Source of the DNA: Spirochaetota bacterium
GTDB taxonomy: Bacteria; Spirochaetota; UBA4802; UBA5550
DNA length: 64,000 nt
Assembly: GCA_041737965.1 (NCBI GenBank)
Contig: JBGSQT010000001.1
Span: forward strand, 33,848 to 97,847
Reading direction: 5' to 3'
The position numbers were made by a program, and so were the translations under genes. The notes beneath the pieces are model-generated. The model searched no databases. It was not told where the DNA came from and worked only from the letters and a program-made list of their open reading frames with translations. Below, one piece after another: positions 10,298 to 19,909 of the stretch (positions within the stretch are counted from its first letter, which is position 1; each line of letters begins with the position of its first letter).

Positions 10298-12058
10298 TTA
10301 CAGGTAAAGATCGGGAAATTTTTTCCGAAGGGCCTCGTTAAGGGCGTTTTCGATATCGCTCGTCGTCTCCATCCGCATGATTTGCGCCACAAGGTTCTCG
10401 CATTCTTCCGCGGTGACAGACCTCACAATTCGTTTGACCTGGTACATGTATACAGGGCTCATGGAAAAGTGTCTGAATCCAAGGCCCAGCAGGATCATTG
10501 TGTATTTCGGCTCGCCCGCGATCTCTCCGCAAATGGATACCGGCACGGAATTCTCGTTCGATATGTCCACTATCTGCTTCAGGAAGCGCAGCACCGCTAT
10601 ATTCAGCGGATTGTACAGATATGCGACTTTTTCGCTGATTCTGTCAACCGCCAGGATGTATTGGACAAGGTCATTGGTGCCGACCGAGAAAAAATCGGCA
10701 TGCCGGGCCAGAATGTCGGCGCTGATAACCGCCGAGGGGACTTCCACCATGATTCCGACGGGTATGCTTTCATCAAAGGGAATGCCGGCTTCCCTGAGGG
10801 AATTCATCTCCTCGTCTGTGATCGAACGAGCTTTTATGAACTCTTCCACCGTCGTTATCATGGGAAACATTATTTTAACGTTGCCGTAATGACTTGCTTT
10901 CAGAATTGCCCGTATCTGTATTCTGAAAAGGTGTTCGTTTTCCAGGGAGAAGCGGATGGCCCTGCATCCCAGAAAGGGATTGCGTTCCTTATAGGGCTTT
11001 GTATAGGCGTATACTTTGTCTCCGCCAACGTCAAGCGTTCTGATCGTTACCGGAAGGGGATTGAAGAATTCGACCACGCGTTTATACTCGTTGAATTGAA
11101 GGTCCTCGTCAGGAAGAGAGCGGTCGAGGAACAGGAACTCGGATCTGTACAGTCCGATACCCTGGGCACCGTGTTCCTTGATTATCTCCTTTTCTTCCGG
11201 TATCTCAATGTTGCCGTAAATGAAAATTTCAATCCCGTCCATGGTCTGGGCCGGAAGATGGGTGAGCTTTACGAGCTCCTGTTCCAGTTCCAGGAAATCG
11301 CGCTGGTACTTCTCAAACTCATCTATCTCTTTTTCCGAGGGATCGATAATAACCTGACCGTGAATCGCGTCCACAATCACGAGTTCGCCGGTTTTGACCA
11401 GGGATGTTCCGTTTAAGGTGCCCACGATCGCGGGTATCTCGAGCGCTCTTGCCATGATTGCGGTGTGGGATGTCTTGCCGCCCTTGTCTGTCACGAAAGC
11501 GTGGATGAAATTCCGGTTCATCAATGCCGTTTCTGAGGGGGTCAGGTCGGTTGCGAAAAGTATCACTTCTTCGTTTATTGCAGCCAGAGACGCGGCCTCT
11601 TTCTTTTGAAGATTGAGCATGAGCCGCTTATTCACGTCGGAGATATCGATGATTCTTTCCCTCAGGTATTCGTCCTCTATCACGCTGAGGCTGTTTATGA
11701 GCTCCAGGGTAATATCGTTTAAAACCCATTCCACGTTTCTTTTTTCACGCCTGATAGTGGCCCTCGATTTTTCCTCTATCTGCGGGTCCTCCAGGACCAT
11801 CAAATGGCTCGTAAAAATGTCCGACATTTCCTTGGACAGGCTCGACGCGATCTGTTTCTGTATGCCTATGATCTCTTCCTTGGTCTTTTGGAGCGCTTCC
11901 TCGAAACGCTGCAGCTCCGATTCGATATCATCGTCATCGAGAAGATATTTGGGTATTATAATTTTATCACCCTGATAAACGAAGGCCTTGCCGATTTTAA
12001 TACCCGGAGACGCGACAATACCTTTTGGCACTATCCTGGACATTATTTTCCTTGCCAT
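10298..12058 (-). CDS. ptsI: Phosphoenolpyruvate-protein phosphotransferase (PTS enzyme I)
   Basis: GIVASPGI N-terminus, phospho-His region GGKTSHTAIMARALEIPA, and the C-terminal PEP-utilising motif FFSVGTNDL. An alternative start at 12043 is possible. Confidence 0.93.
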   Translation of the reverse strand: MARKIMSRIVPKGIVASPGIKIGKAFVYQGDKIIIPKYLLDDDDIESELQRFEEALQKTKEEIIGIQKQIASSLSKEMSDIFTSHLMVLEDPQIEEKSRATIRREKRNVEWVLNDITLELINSLSVIEDEYLRERIIDISDVNKRLMLNLQKKEAASLAAINEEVILFATDLTPSETALMNRNFIHAFVTDKGGKTSHTAIMARALEIPAIVGTLNGTSLVKTGELVIVDAIHGQVIIDPSEKEIDEFEKYQRDFLELEQELVKLTHLPAQTMDGIEIFIYGNIEIPEEKEIIKEHGAQGIGLYRSEFLFLDRSLPDEDLQFNEYKRVVEFFNPLPVTIRTLDVGGDKVYAYTKPYKERNPFLGCRAIRFSLENEHLFRIQIRAILKASHYGNVKIMFPMITTVEEFIKARSITDEEMNSLREAGIPFDESIPVGIMVEVPSAVISADILARHADFFSVGTNDLVQYILAVDRISEKVAYLYNPLNIAVLRFLKQIVDISNENSVPVSICGEIAGEPKYTMILLGLGFRHFSMSPVYMYQVKRIVRSVTAEECENLVAQIMRMETTSDIENALNEALRKKFPDLYL

Positions 12059-12182
12059 GACATGGATTTTACATGCAAGACAATGATCTTACGGGACAGA
12101 ATTGTCAAGATGAAATTGTTGAAGTATGGACAGACGCGTACCTCACTTGCTCGGCGTATGCATGCGTGAGCCGGCCTGTTTA

Positions 12183-13280
12183 TCACGACCAGAGCCTGGC
12201 ACCGCCGATTATGGAACTGTTTTCCATCCCATGAATGCTGATGCGACCATCGGGAATTCCCAGTCTGCGGAGGTGCTCATCGACGGATTCCCTGTATTTC
12301 CAACCCTTCCAGAATAGGCTTCCCTCGATTATGACATTCAGCTCGTTTCCGTCCTTAAAATCATGTATTGCCGCTATCAATGCGCTGACAAGACTTGCAG
12401 ATCTTTCAAACAGATTTCTCGCGCATTCGGCGCCGTCTCCGGAGCCTGCCGCGATCGCGGCGAGCTCCCTTGTGGAACCGATATCGCGGCGGGGGAATCC
12501 GAATTTTTCCGCGTAGATGTTGTAATGGCGGTAGAGATAGGCTCCTGATACTTCCTTTTCAAGCGCCTGAAGTCCCCTGTTTGTGGAGTCCTCGTCGATT
12601 ATCATTCCTGTATCGCTGTGCCGAAACCGGTTAAAGTTGCCGGATTCAAGGTTTATCACCGTGGAGCCGTCCGCAATGAACCCGAAATTAAAACCGGTCC
12701 CGATAACGCCGCCCGCAAGTGATCCGGCCTTCCAGCGTCCGAGACCTGCGAGTACCAGGCATACCGTATCGTTGGCGCAGAGGACGGCTGAATCCATATT
12801 GAATTTTTTCCTGTAGATATTTTCGACTGTCTCCCCGATTTTTTCTCCCACGAGCCCGTTGAAGACGTGGTCTTTTGTCCCCTTGATCAAAATCCCGTCA
12901 ATCCTGTTTCCGCGGGTCGCCGGACTGAGGGGATAGGCGAAATTAATGCAGATAAGTTCGGGTTTTTCGGCGATGTATTCATCGATCAGTGAAATGAACA
13001 CATCCCTGTCGCTTATCACGGGGAGGCTGGAATCCCATGTCTCGATGATTTCCACCTGTTGAGAAGTTATTTTCACCTTTGAGCAGGAGAAATTGGATCC
13101 GCCGATAACGAGAACCTGGGCCTCAACGGGGAGTTCCCTGCTGTGGTCCGCCATCTCATGACGGGCGAATACGAGTGATGTCTCCTCGCCTCTTGATGCG
13201 TCCGACATCTCCCTCACCATGTCGGTTCGGATTGAACGAATCTCTTCAGTCGTATACATTGATATTTTTCGGCTTTTCAT
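12183..13280 (-). CDS. Hexokinase-family sugar kinase
   Basis: Hexokinase signature blocks: VIGGSNFSCSKV (like LGGTNFR), INFAYPLSP (like FTFSFP), ANDTVCLVLAG (like NDTVGTL) and VIGTGFNFGF (like GTGxNxxY). Confidence 0.72.
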   Translation of the reverse strand: MKSRKISMYTTEEIRSIRTDMVREMSDASRGEETSLVFARHEMADHSRELPVEAQVLVIGGSNFSCSKVKITSQQVEIIETWDSSLPVISDRDVFISLIDEYIAEKPELICINFAYPLSPATRGNRIDGILIKGTKDHVFNGLVGEKIGETVENIYRKKFNMDSAVLCANDTVCLVLAGLGRWKAGSLAGGVIGTGFNFGFIADGSTVINLESGNFNRFRHSDTGMIIDEDSTNRGLQALEKEVSGAYLYRHYNIYAEKFGFPRRDIGSTRELAAIAAGSGDGAECARNLFERSASLVSALIAAIHDFKDGNELNVIIEGSLFWKGWKYRESVDEHLRRLGIPDGRISIHGMENSSIIGGARLWS

Positions 13281-13436
13281 TTCATTTTCCGCTTATGCGA
13301 ATCGAACAAAAATATTAATTATGCGCTATAATCCACTTTTTTAAAATTTGCAGTTATCATATATATAATAAATAATTGTATCGCATCATGTCAAAAGTAA
13401 ATGGAGCATCGGCGGGGAATCGGGACCGGCGCTTTA

Positions 13437-13868
13437 TTAAATCCCACGTTTCAATTTTTCATTCTCAAGGTTGTGACGCCTTATTGCGGTTGAGATGGTA
13501 GTCTGCAGATTTATACGGTCTATCGGTTTCATTAAATATCCGTAATGCTTGGTTTTTTCTGCCCTCTTTATCGTGGTGGGGTCGGTGTTGGCGGTAAGGT
13601 ACACAATGGGTATATCGATTTCGCGCTGGATTTTTTCGGCCGCCTCAATGCCGTCCATATCTTCAGACAGCATGAAGTCCATTAAAATCAGGTCCGGTTT
13701 GACGGAAACGGCTTTACTGATCGACTCCTCACCTGATGATATTGTTATCGGTACGGTATAACCCAATTTTTCCAGCATGCGCTGGATATCCATCGCGGTT
13801 ATTGCCTCGTCTTCGACAAGCATTATCGAAATATTGAGTTTTTCCTGTTCTTTTATTGTATTATGCAT
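13437..13868 (-). CDS. Single-domain response regulator (CheY-like receiver)
   Basis: Acidic pocket VEDE, phospho-acceptor context LILMDF, and a conserved Lys region (YLMKP). There is no output domain. Confidence 0.85.
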   Translation of the reverse strand: MHNTIKEQEKLNISIMLVEDEAITAMDIQRMLEKLGYTVPITISSGEESISKAVSVKPDLILMDFMLSEDMDGIEAAEKIQREIDIPIVYLTANTDPTTIKRAEKTKHYGYLMKPIDRINLQTTISTAIRRHNLENEKLKRGI

Positions 13869-14271
13869 AATAGATTCATACTGAACATATCGGTATTAGT
13901 CAAGAAATATTAGCCTCCGGCAGTCATGAAATGTTATGTTTACATCACTTCAGCATTTCATTCAGGAAAATGCCCGGTGTGCTGTCATCGTGTGTGATGA
14001 TCCTGAATTATCGCTGCGGATTCTGTTCTCTTATCCACAAGATGTGAAATCCAGAGACCGCGTCAATATTTGGGTCAATGCATTTACATTTAACGCCTTT
14101 AAGACCGGATTGCTCCTCTTGATTGAAACGCCAATGAAATTCCCCTTGAGTTTTGCAAATTCTGTGTAATGAGCGCATCAATATCCTTTTTTTATCGGGA
14201 CAACACCCTTTCGGCGTTTCACTGGAATTAGGGCTATCTGTTCGGGCAATTTCAAGTAAAAATCAAGCAGA

Positions 14272-14715
14272 GTGAAAAAAATTATTGATAGAATCAGTAT
14301 CAGGAAAATCATTGCCATGTCAAAGAATGAGTTTTATGGGACGGAAAGCACGATGATAAAAGTAGATTTCGAGAAACAGGGGGGGCTGGTGCCGGCCATT
14401 GCCCAGGATTATGACACCGGTGAGGTGCTCATGATGGCATATATGAACCGCGAGTCATTTGAGCTGACTCTTTCAACGCGAATCGCCCATTACTGGAGCC
14501 GGTCGCGCAGTGCTCTGTGGAAAAAAGGAGAAACCTCGGGCAACATTCAGGAAGTCAGGGAAATTCGGATCGATTGTGATGACGATACGATTCTGCTGCG
14601 CATACGCCAGATCGGCGGGGCCGCATGCCATACCGGCCATAGGAGCTGTTTCTACAGGGTGGTTGATGAAGGCGGATTGAGGGTCGACGGAACGCCGATT
14701 TCAGGAGAAAAATAG
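14272..14715 (+). CDS. hisI: Phosphoribosyl-AMP cyclohydrolase (monofunctional HisI)
   Basis: GLVPAIAQD...[21 protein letters not shown], and C.D.D...L...Q..GAACHTG. The true start may be ATG 14317. Confidence 0.88.
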   Translation: MKKIIDRISIRKIIAMSKNEFYGTESTMIKVDFEKQGGLVPAIAQDYDTGEVLMMAYMNRESFELTLSTRIAHYWSRSRSALWKKGETSGNIQEVREIRIDCDDDTILLRIRQIGGAACHTGHRSCFYRVVDEGGLRVDGTPISGEK

Positions 14716-14730
14716 AGGACCGGAGTTGAT

Positions 14731-15624
14731 ATGAAAAAGCAGTTAAAACTGGGCATACCGAAAGGGAGCCTCGAAAAAGCGACGATAGACCTTTTTCTCA
14801 AGGCGGGATGGAAAATCTCAGTTTCAAGCAGGAACTATTTCCCTTCAATAAATGACGCCGACATCGTATGCTCGCTGATCAGGGCCCAGGAGATGGCGAG
14901 GTATATAGAAAGCGGCGTTCTGGATCTTGGGCTTACCGGTTATGACTGGATTCTGGAAAACAATTCCGACGTCCAGATACTCACGGACCTGGTATACTCT
15001 AAAACGAGCACGCAGAAAGCGCGTTGGGTGCTGGCTGTGCCGGAGGATTCGCCGATCAACAGCCTGGAGGACTGTGAGGGGAAAACAATATCCACGGAGC
15101 TTGTGAATTTCACTAAAAGGTATTTTCAGGAAAAAAACATCTCTGTAAATGTGGAGTTCTCATGGGGCGCAACCGAGGCGAAAGTGGTGGAAGGTCTTGT
15201 CGACGCCATAGTCGAAGTAACGGAGACTGGATCGACCATTAAGGCGCACGGACTTAAAATTATCCACACGCTCCTTGAGACGAACACAAAACTTGCGGCA
15301 AATATAAAAAGCCTTTCCGATCCCTGGAAAAAAGGGAAAATTAACCAGATATCCATGCTGCTGCAGGGAGCATTGCATGCCGAAAAACTTGTGGGTCTGA
15401 AGATGAATGTGCCGAAGGAAAAAATAGAGACCATAATATCGATAATTCCGAGTCTTACGTCGCCGACCCTTGCGCAGCTCTATAATTCAGAGTGGATTTC
15501 TCTTGAAAGCGTGATTGACGAAGCCGTTGTCAGGGAAATTATCCCCAAACTGATCGAAGAGGGGGCGGACGGGATTATAGAATACCCGCTGAATAAAGTG
15601 GTACAGCACAAGGAGTTCGTTTAA
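14731..15624 (+). CDS. hisG: ATP phosphoribosyltransferase, long form
   Basis: LKLGIPKGSL start, the TETGSTI motif, and a C-terminal regulatory domain. 297 aa. Confidence 0.9.
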   Translation: MKKQLKLGIPKGSLEKATIDLFLKAGWKISVSSRNYFPSINDADIVCSLIRAQEMARYIESGVLDLGLTGYDWILENNSDVQILTDLVYSKTSTQKARWVLAVPEDSPINSLEDCEGKTISTELVNFTKRYFQEKNISVNVEFSWGATEAKVVEGLVDAIVEVTETGSTIKAHGLKIIHTLLETNTKLAANIKSLSDPWKKGKINQISMLLQGALHAEKLVGLKMNVPKEKIETIISIIPSLTSPTLAQLYNSEWISLESVIDEAVVREIIPKLIEEGADGIIEYPLNKVVQHKEFV

Positions 15625-15637
15625 AGTGTAGGCGCGG

Positions 15638-16294
15638 TCATTCAATAATATCGTACTTTTTATTCATGGGTATTATCATCGATGCCACTGTTTCATGCTC
15701 TTTCATTTCGATTATAAGGTTTCTGTGCGAAAGATTGAGGCTTTTCAGCATCATGGCTATCATTACAAGGCCGAGCCCCGCGCCCTCGCGTTCCGGGTCG
15801 TCGTCCACTTTTATGAAGTAGTCCGATATGTCCTCGCATTCCGAGGCGTCTTTTAATTTCTGCCTGACCTTGTTGATTTCCTGCTGTGTCATTCTGGAGG
15901 GATTGCTTACTTTTATGTGAAACACGTCGTTTTCCACCCACAGGTATATCTTTACGTGAATGTCTTCCTGCCTTGCGAGCTTTTCGAGATGTCCGGCATT
16001 TTCCCTGCTCATTTCAAGTTTAAAAAGTTTTAAAGCGACCAGATATTCCAGGGCGGTTTCTTCGGCGTTTTTTGGAGTGTAGTTTTCAAAGTAGATATTC
16101 TTGAAGTTCGCTTTGACCGCGTTCATCAGAAGCTCTTTGATGCATGTATAAATCGGCGCGATGAGCTTGGGGTGATTGTATTTTTTCAGTATCTGCTCGG
16201 TGACGCTGTGAAGGCGTGATTCGATCGTGTCGGACACCGAATAGGCGAGGATGCATATCTTCTTGTTGTTATTTATCGCGTTCTGAATTTTCAT
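15638..16294 (-). CDS. Stand-alone GHKL (histidine-kinase-like) ATPase-fold protein, possibly of anti-sigma-factor type
   Basis: N-box-like ELLMNAVKAN and G2-box-like EGAGLGLVMI. There is no HisKA or sensor domain. Confidence 0.5.
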   Translation of the reverse strand: MKIQNAINNNKKICILAYSVSDTIESRLHSVTEQILKKYNHPKLIAPIYTCIKELLMNAVKANFKNIYFENYTPKNAEETALEYLVALKLFKLEMSRENAGHLEKLARQEDIHVKIYLWVENDVFHIKVSNPSRMTQQEINKVRQKLKDASECEDISDYFIKVDDDPEREGAGLGLVMIAMMLKSLNLSHRNLIIEMKEHETVASMIIPMNKKYDIIE

Positions 16295-16492
16295 GGTCCC
16301 GCTGCGGTAACTTCGTCATGCGAACTGTATGCATGCACCCCTGAAGAGTCAATGAAATTTTTCCCTTCCGCATGCTGGTCGGTGATATATAATAGTGGTT
16401 AAAATATGGCAAAAAAATAAAAAAACATTTGCGTTATATTAGTGATATCCCGTATACTGTACAGATTCTCTTTTTTTACCGGAGGTTTTGTC

Positions 16493-17422
16493 ATGAAAAA
16501 GACAGGTCAGCTCCATCTTTCCCAGCTTCTGCCGGACAAATCGCCAAAAACGGTCTTCGGTGAAGTGGAAAGAGTGTACCGCTTTCATTATTCGGACAGC
16601 ACCTTCACCGTGGTCAGGCAATGCTATCATATGATCGAAAAGCTCTTCAAGGGGAAATATGAAGGGTATAAATCGTGCAATACTAACTATCATGACTTCG
16701 GACACACGCTTGATGCGCTTCTCGCCGCGGTGCGCCTTCTGGACGGCATAAATCTTGTTCTTGAACCGATTTCGGAAGGGACCGCATGCACGCTACTGCT
16801 GGGAACACTTTTTCATGATACCGGGTACCTTCAGGAAATTGGCGATGAGGAGGGAACCGGGGCGAAGTTTACCGCAAACCATGTCGAAAGAAGCATACAA
16901 TTTCTGAAACAGAACGGAAATAAATTTCACGTGAAAGAGGCCCTGATCCCGGGGATTTCGAATATTATCTGCTGCACCGGCCTCAACGCGGAACTCGATT
17001 CAATCCCTTTTACCTCGAAGGAGGAATCGATCGCTGGAACGATACTGGGTGCGTCCGATCTTCTGGGCCAGATGTCCCAGCGGGAATATCTGGAAAAACT
17101 TCTGTTTTTATATTACGAATTCAGAGAGGCCGGGATCTCCGGATTCGATACTGAATTTGACATTTTAAGAAAGACCCTGGATTTTTATGAAATGGTGAAA
17201 GACAAGTTTAAAATGACATACCATTCGATTCATGAATACGGCAGGGAGCACTTCAGGACCCGATTCGGTATCGATTCAAATCTCTATATGGAAGCCATTG
17301 ATAAAAACATAGGTTATCTTCATAGAATCATAGAAGACGAAACCACCAATTTCAGGCATAAATTGAAAAGGGGGAGTTGGATAGTCCGGGAGAAAAGGGA
17401 AACAGCCTGGCAGGTGCAGTAA
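16493..17422 (+). CDS. HD-domain phosphohydrolase-like protein
   Basis: YHDFGHT and LFHDTGY form an H...HD...D-type metal site. ATG 16493 is preceded by ggagg at 16481-16485. Confidence 0.62.
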   Translation: MKKTGQLHLSQLLPDKSPKTVFGEVERVYRFHYSDSTFTVVRQCYHMIEKLFKGKYEGYKSCNTNYHDFGHTLDALLAAVRLLDGINLVLEPISEGTACTLLLGTLFHDTGYLQEIGDEEGTGAKFTANHVERSIQFLKQNGNKFHVKEALIPGISNIICCTGLNAELDSIPFTSKEESIAGTILGASDLLGQMSQREYLEKLLFLYYEFREAGISGFDTEFDILRKTLDFYEMVKDKFKMTYHSIHEYGREHFRTRFGIDSNLYMEAIDKNIGYLHRIIEDETTNFRHKLKRGSWIVREKRETAWQVQ

Positions 17423-17457
17423 ACCTAAAGGATCATTATTCGGAAGTAACAATAAAA

Positions 17458-17488
17458 AGAGGCCGCTTCCCGTGAGGATGCGGCCTCT
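17458..17488. terminator. Bidirectional hairpin terminator between convergent genes
   Basis: 9-bp stem agaggccgc/gcggcctct with a 13-nt loop, flanked by an A-run upstream and the T-rich ttctat downstream. Confidence 0.6.
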
Positions 17489-17517
17489 TTCTATAACGCA
17501 CTGTCTGTCAAAAAAAG

Positions 17518-18576
17518 TTATTCGGGAATCGTATCAATCTTTGTGTCGGGAGCGATTGTATCGACAAATACCGAAAACGCAGTGACCGCGGAAACATTTC
17601 CGACCCTGTCAATGGCCTTTGCTTCAATTGTATGCTCGCCGTTCGATTTAAACTTGATGTCGCTGAAGTAGGGCATGAAGTCCCCGATGTTGTCTATTCT
17701 TACGTGAATCGAAGAAACACCCGAGTCGATATCCGTTGCCGATACCGTGTATTTCACGCTTGTTGACGCGATATTCTTGTTGTCTGCGGTTTTATTCAAC
17801 GCTTCGCTCGGATTGATCAGCACTGCCGGAGGAGTATTGTCCACCGAGAATCTTACGGCCGCTTCATTAAGGACGGAGGATTTTCCCCTTTCATCCAGAA
17901 TTGAAAAGGCAAACCGGTTGTTCCTGTTGTTGACGTTGTCATTCGCGTTTACCTTTAACTCGACATCGCCTTCCGATGCGATGCTGAAGGGTGCGGTGTA
18001 TTCTCTGGCTGCACCATTCAGTGAGTATTCAATTTTTTCAACGCCCGAAAGCGCGTCGTATGCGTCTATGCCAAATGTGTAGCTGCTTGAAATGTAGTAT
18101 TTTCCGTTCGCGTTGATTACCGGAATATTGGTGTTGACGATGATATCCGGCGCGGTCGAATCGGTTATGACCCTGAAGATTTTCGCGTCTTCCTGGTTCC
18201 CGATTTTATCAATGGCGAAATAGCTTATCTGGTGGTTCCCTTCGACATCGATTACAAAGGGATTCTGGTAAACCTGATAGTCGCCCGAGTCGATGCGATA
18301 CATGATCCGGTCCAGAAGCAGATTGTCCTTTGCCTGAAGCTTGAACTGAACAGTTGCGTTCGCGAAAATGTTTCCGCTCTGATAGAAGACCTTTGCGTCC
18401 TGGGACACAACGGCCGTCTCATCCATCGCATTTTTCTGTCCAGCCTTTTCTGCAGTGCCGGTAACGTTTCCGTCTTTCATTTTCGTGGTCGCAGGATCAT
18501 CCTGTGAATATGAAAATGTTGAATAGGCGAATCCGGCAATTATGCAGAAAACTATAATAGATAGTTTCTTACGCAT
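17518..18576 (-). CDS. Secreted protein with repeated Ig-like/bacterial Ig-fold modules
   Basis: Signal peptide MRKKLSIIVFCIIAGFAYS. Three repeats each end in a D..GN....F.V..D...P motif (IDKIGNQE..DSTAPD, NDNVNN..VDNTPP, IDRVGNVS..VDTIAPD). Confidence 0.6.
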   Translation of the reverse strand: MRKKLSIIVFCIIAGFAYSTFSYSQDDPATTKMKDGNVTGTAEKAGQKNAMDETAVVSQDAKVFYQSGNIFANATVQFKLQAKDNLLLDRIMYRIDSGDYQVYQNPFVIDVEGNHQISYFAIDKIGNQEDAKIFRVITDSTAPDIIVNTNIPVINANGKYYISSSYTFGIDAYDALSGVEKIEYSLNGAAREYTAPFSIASEGDVELKVNANDNVNNRNNRFAFSILDERGKSSVLNEAAVRFSVDNTPPAVLINPSEALNKTADNKNIASTSVKYTVSATDIDSGVSSIHVRIDNIGDFMPYFSDIKFKSNGEHTIEAKAIDRVGNVSAVTAFSVFVDTIAPDTKIDTIPE

Positions 18577-18724
18577 AAAAGACCTCCAAAATTTTGCTGT
18601 GAGATTAATTTCATGATGAAGCAATTGTTAATATGCAAGGAATAAGCGTAATTGTCAATATTTTTTCTCATGATTATTCGTTAAAAGAATAATAATGGGG
18701 AATTGGTTTGCTTATTCCGTAATA

Positions 18725-19909
18725 TCAGCCTTTAATCGCAGACCTCAGAACGCACAGGGGGATCCTTAAAAGCACTGGTTGATAAATAGATGGGTTGATA
18801 TAAATCGCGTATATGTTTTCATCGGTACTGAATACTTCCTTTCCGGAATAATAGAACATGAATTGGCGCGATTCGATTTTTTTAAGTTTCGGAGGAGTAT
18901 ACACAACGAAGGGAACCGCCGAGGGGAGATCCCCGAATGACCTGAAAACGGCCGCCTTGATGCAGCCGGTAAGACTGCAGAAGATAACCACATAACAGCG
19001 GAGATTTTTATTGTAGGAAAGCGACGGCTCTCCGGAGATGTCCCCGAAAAATTTTCCCGCTTTCCCGGAAGAGCGGGTCCACCTGCCGTCGCCTCCGAGA
19101 AACTGATAATGACTCCGGGATTCGATCATGTCCGGACTCACGCGGGAAAAATATCCGTGTACATGCCGGCCGGATTTTTTATGCCCGATCAGATAGATGT
19201 TCCCTTCATGAAGAATGACTGAATCGCCGAAAACCGGCTCATCAGGTCCGAATAGCGTTGCCAGAAACCTGAAATCCGGATTTTTCATGCCGAAACCGCC
19301 GTCCCTGCTATGCCATGATGCTATGCCGGTTCCTGTCACCCTGAAGGGCTCAGGTGATCCGGGATTGGTGCGCACTCCGATATAATACACATACACCCTG
19401 TCTCCGATACGAATCCCGTCAACGGGCCATATCCTGCGGTGTCCTTTGCCGTTTCCCTTCGGCGGCAGAAATTCCCTCGGGGCGCCGTGAAGTCGGTAAA
19501 AGGCAAACCTGAGGTTTTCGATTGTGCCGTCGTCGGGGAGGGGAGTTTCTGCGATCGAGTTGCTGATCATGCCGTTCATGACCGCTGAATTCTCGAAAGT
19601 CGATGCCGCTGTCTGCTTTTCGGTGAATCTGCCGATGATGGTGTCGCCGAAAGTCCAGAGTACGCGGTGTTCATCCAGCGGGATCGATGCGCATCCGTCG
19701 AGTCCCACGATGTCGTCGCTGTCCGGGTGGACGAAGATGCCGAGGTTTTCGACGGCGCATTCTGGCGATGCGCATCGGAGTATAAGCGCAACGAGAATGC
19801 ACGGTGCCGTTATGCACAGAAGGCGGAGGAATCGACGGGTCTGCAGGCGAGTGGTGTGTCCCTGTGACAGGGAGTGCCGCTGTTCCGCCTGCGTGTTATT
19901 CAAATACAT
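18725..19909 (-). CDS. Secreted hypothetical protein, possibly a DUF4185-like beta-propeller
   Basis: N-terminal hydrophobic signal. The WTFGDTIIG block resembles DUF4185. The family assignment comes from memory of the motif only. Confidence 0.45.
   Translation of the reverse strand: MYLNNTQAEQRHSLSQGHTTRLQTRRFLRLLCITAPCILVALILRCASPECAVENLGIFVHPDSDDIVGLDGCASIPLDEHRVLWTFGDTIIGRFTEKQTAASTFENSAVMNGMISNSIAETPLPDDGTIENLRFAFYRLHGAPREFLPPKGNGKGHRRIWPVDGIRIGDRVYVYYIGVRTNPGSPEPFRVTGTGIASWHSRDGGFGMKNPDFRFLATLFGPDEPVFGDSVILHEGNIYLIGHKKSGRHVHGYFSRVSPDMIESRSHYQFLGGDGRWTRSSGKAGKFFGDISGEPSLSYNKNLRCYVVIFCSLTGCIKAAVFRSFGDLPSAVPFVVYTPPKLKKIESRQFMFYYSGKEVFSTDENIYAIYINPSIYQPVLLRIPLCVLRSAIKG

Noticed and set aside
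9538-10392. A longer 284-aa version of the methyltransferase ORF.
   Set aside because: The N-terminal 34 codons overlap the ptsI 3' end and look non-protein-like. The conserved methyltransferase begins at MKLYDEL (10290).
10382-11416. A 344-aa plus-strand ORF, with a second one at 10377-10889.
   Set aside because: Both are antisense to ptsI.
13936-14169. A 77-aa ORF in the 400-bp gap upstream of hisI.
   Set aside because: It has no Shine-Dalgarno-like sequence and no recognisable motifs. I also looked for a riboswitch or leader peptide here and saw none I could support.
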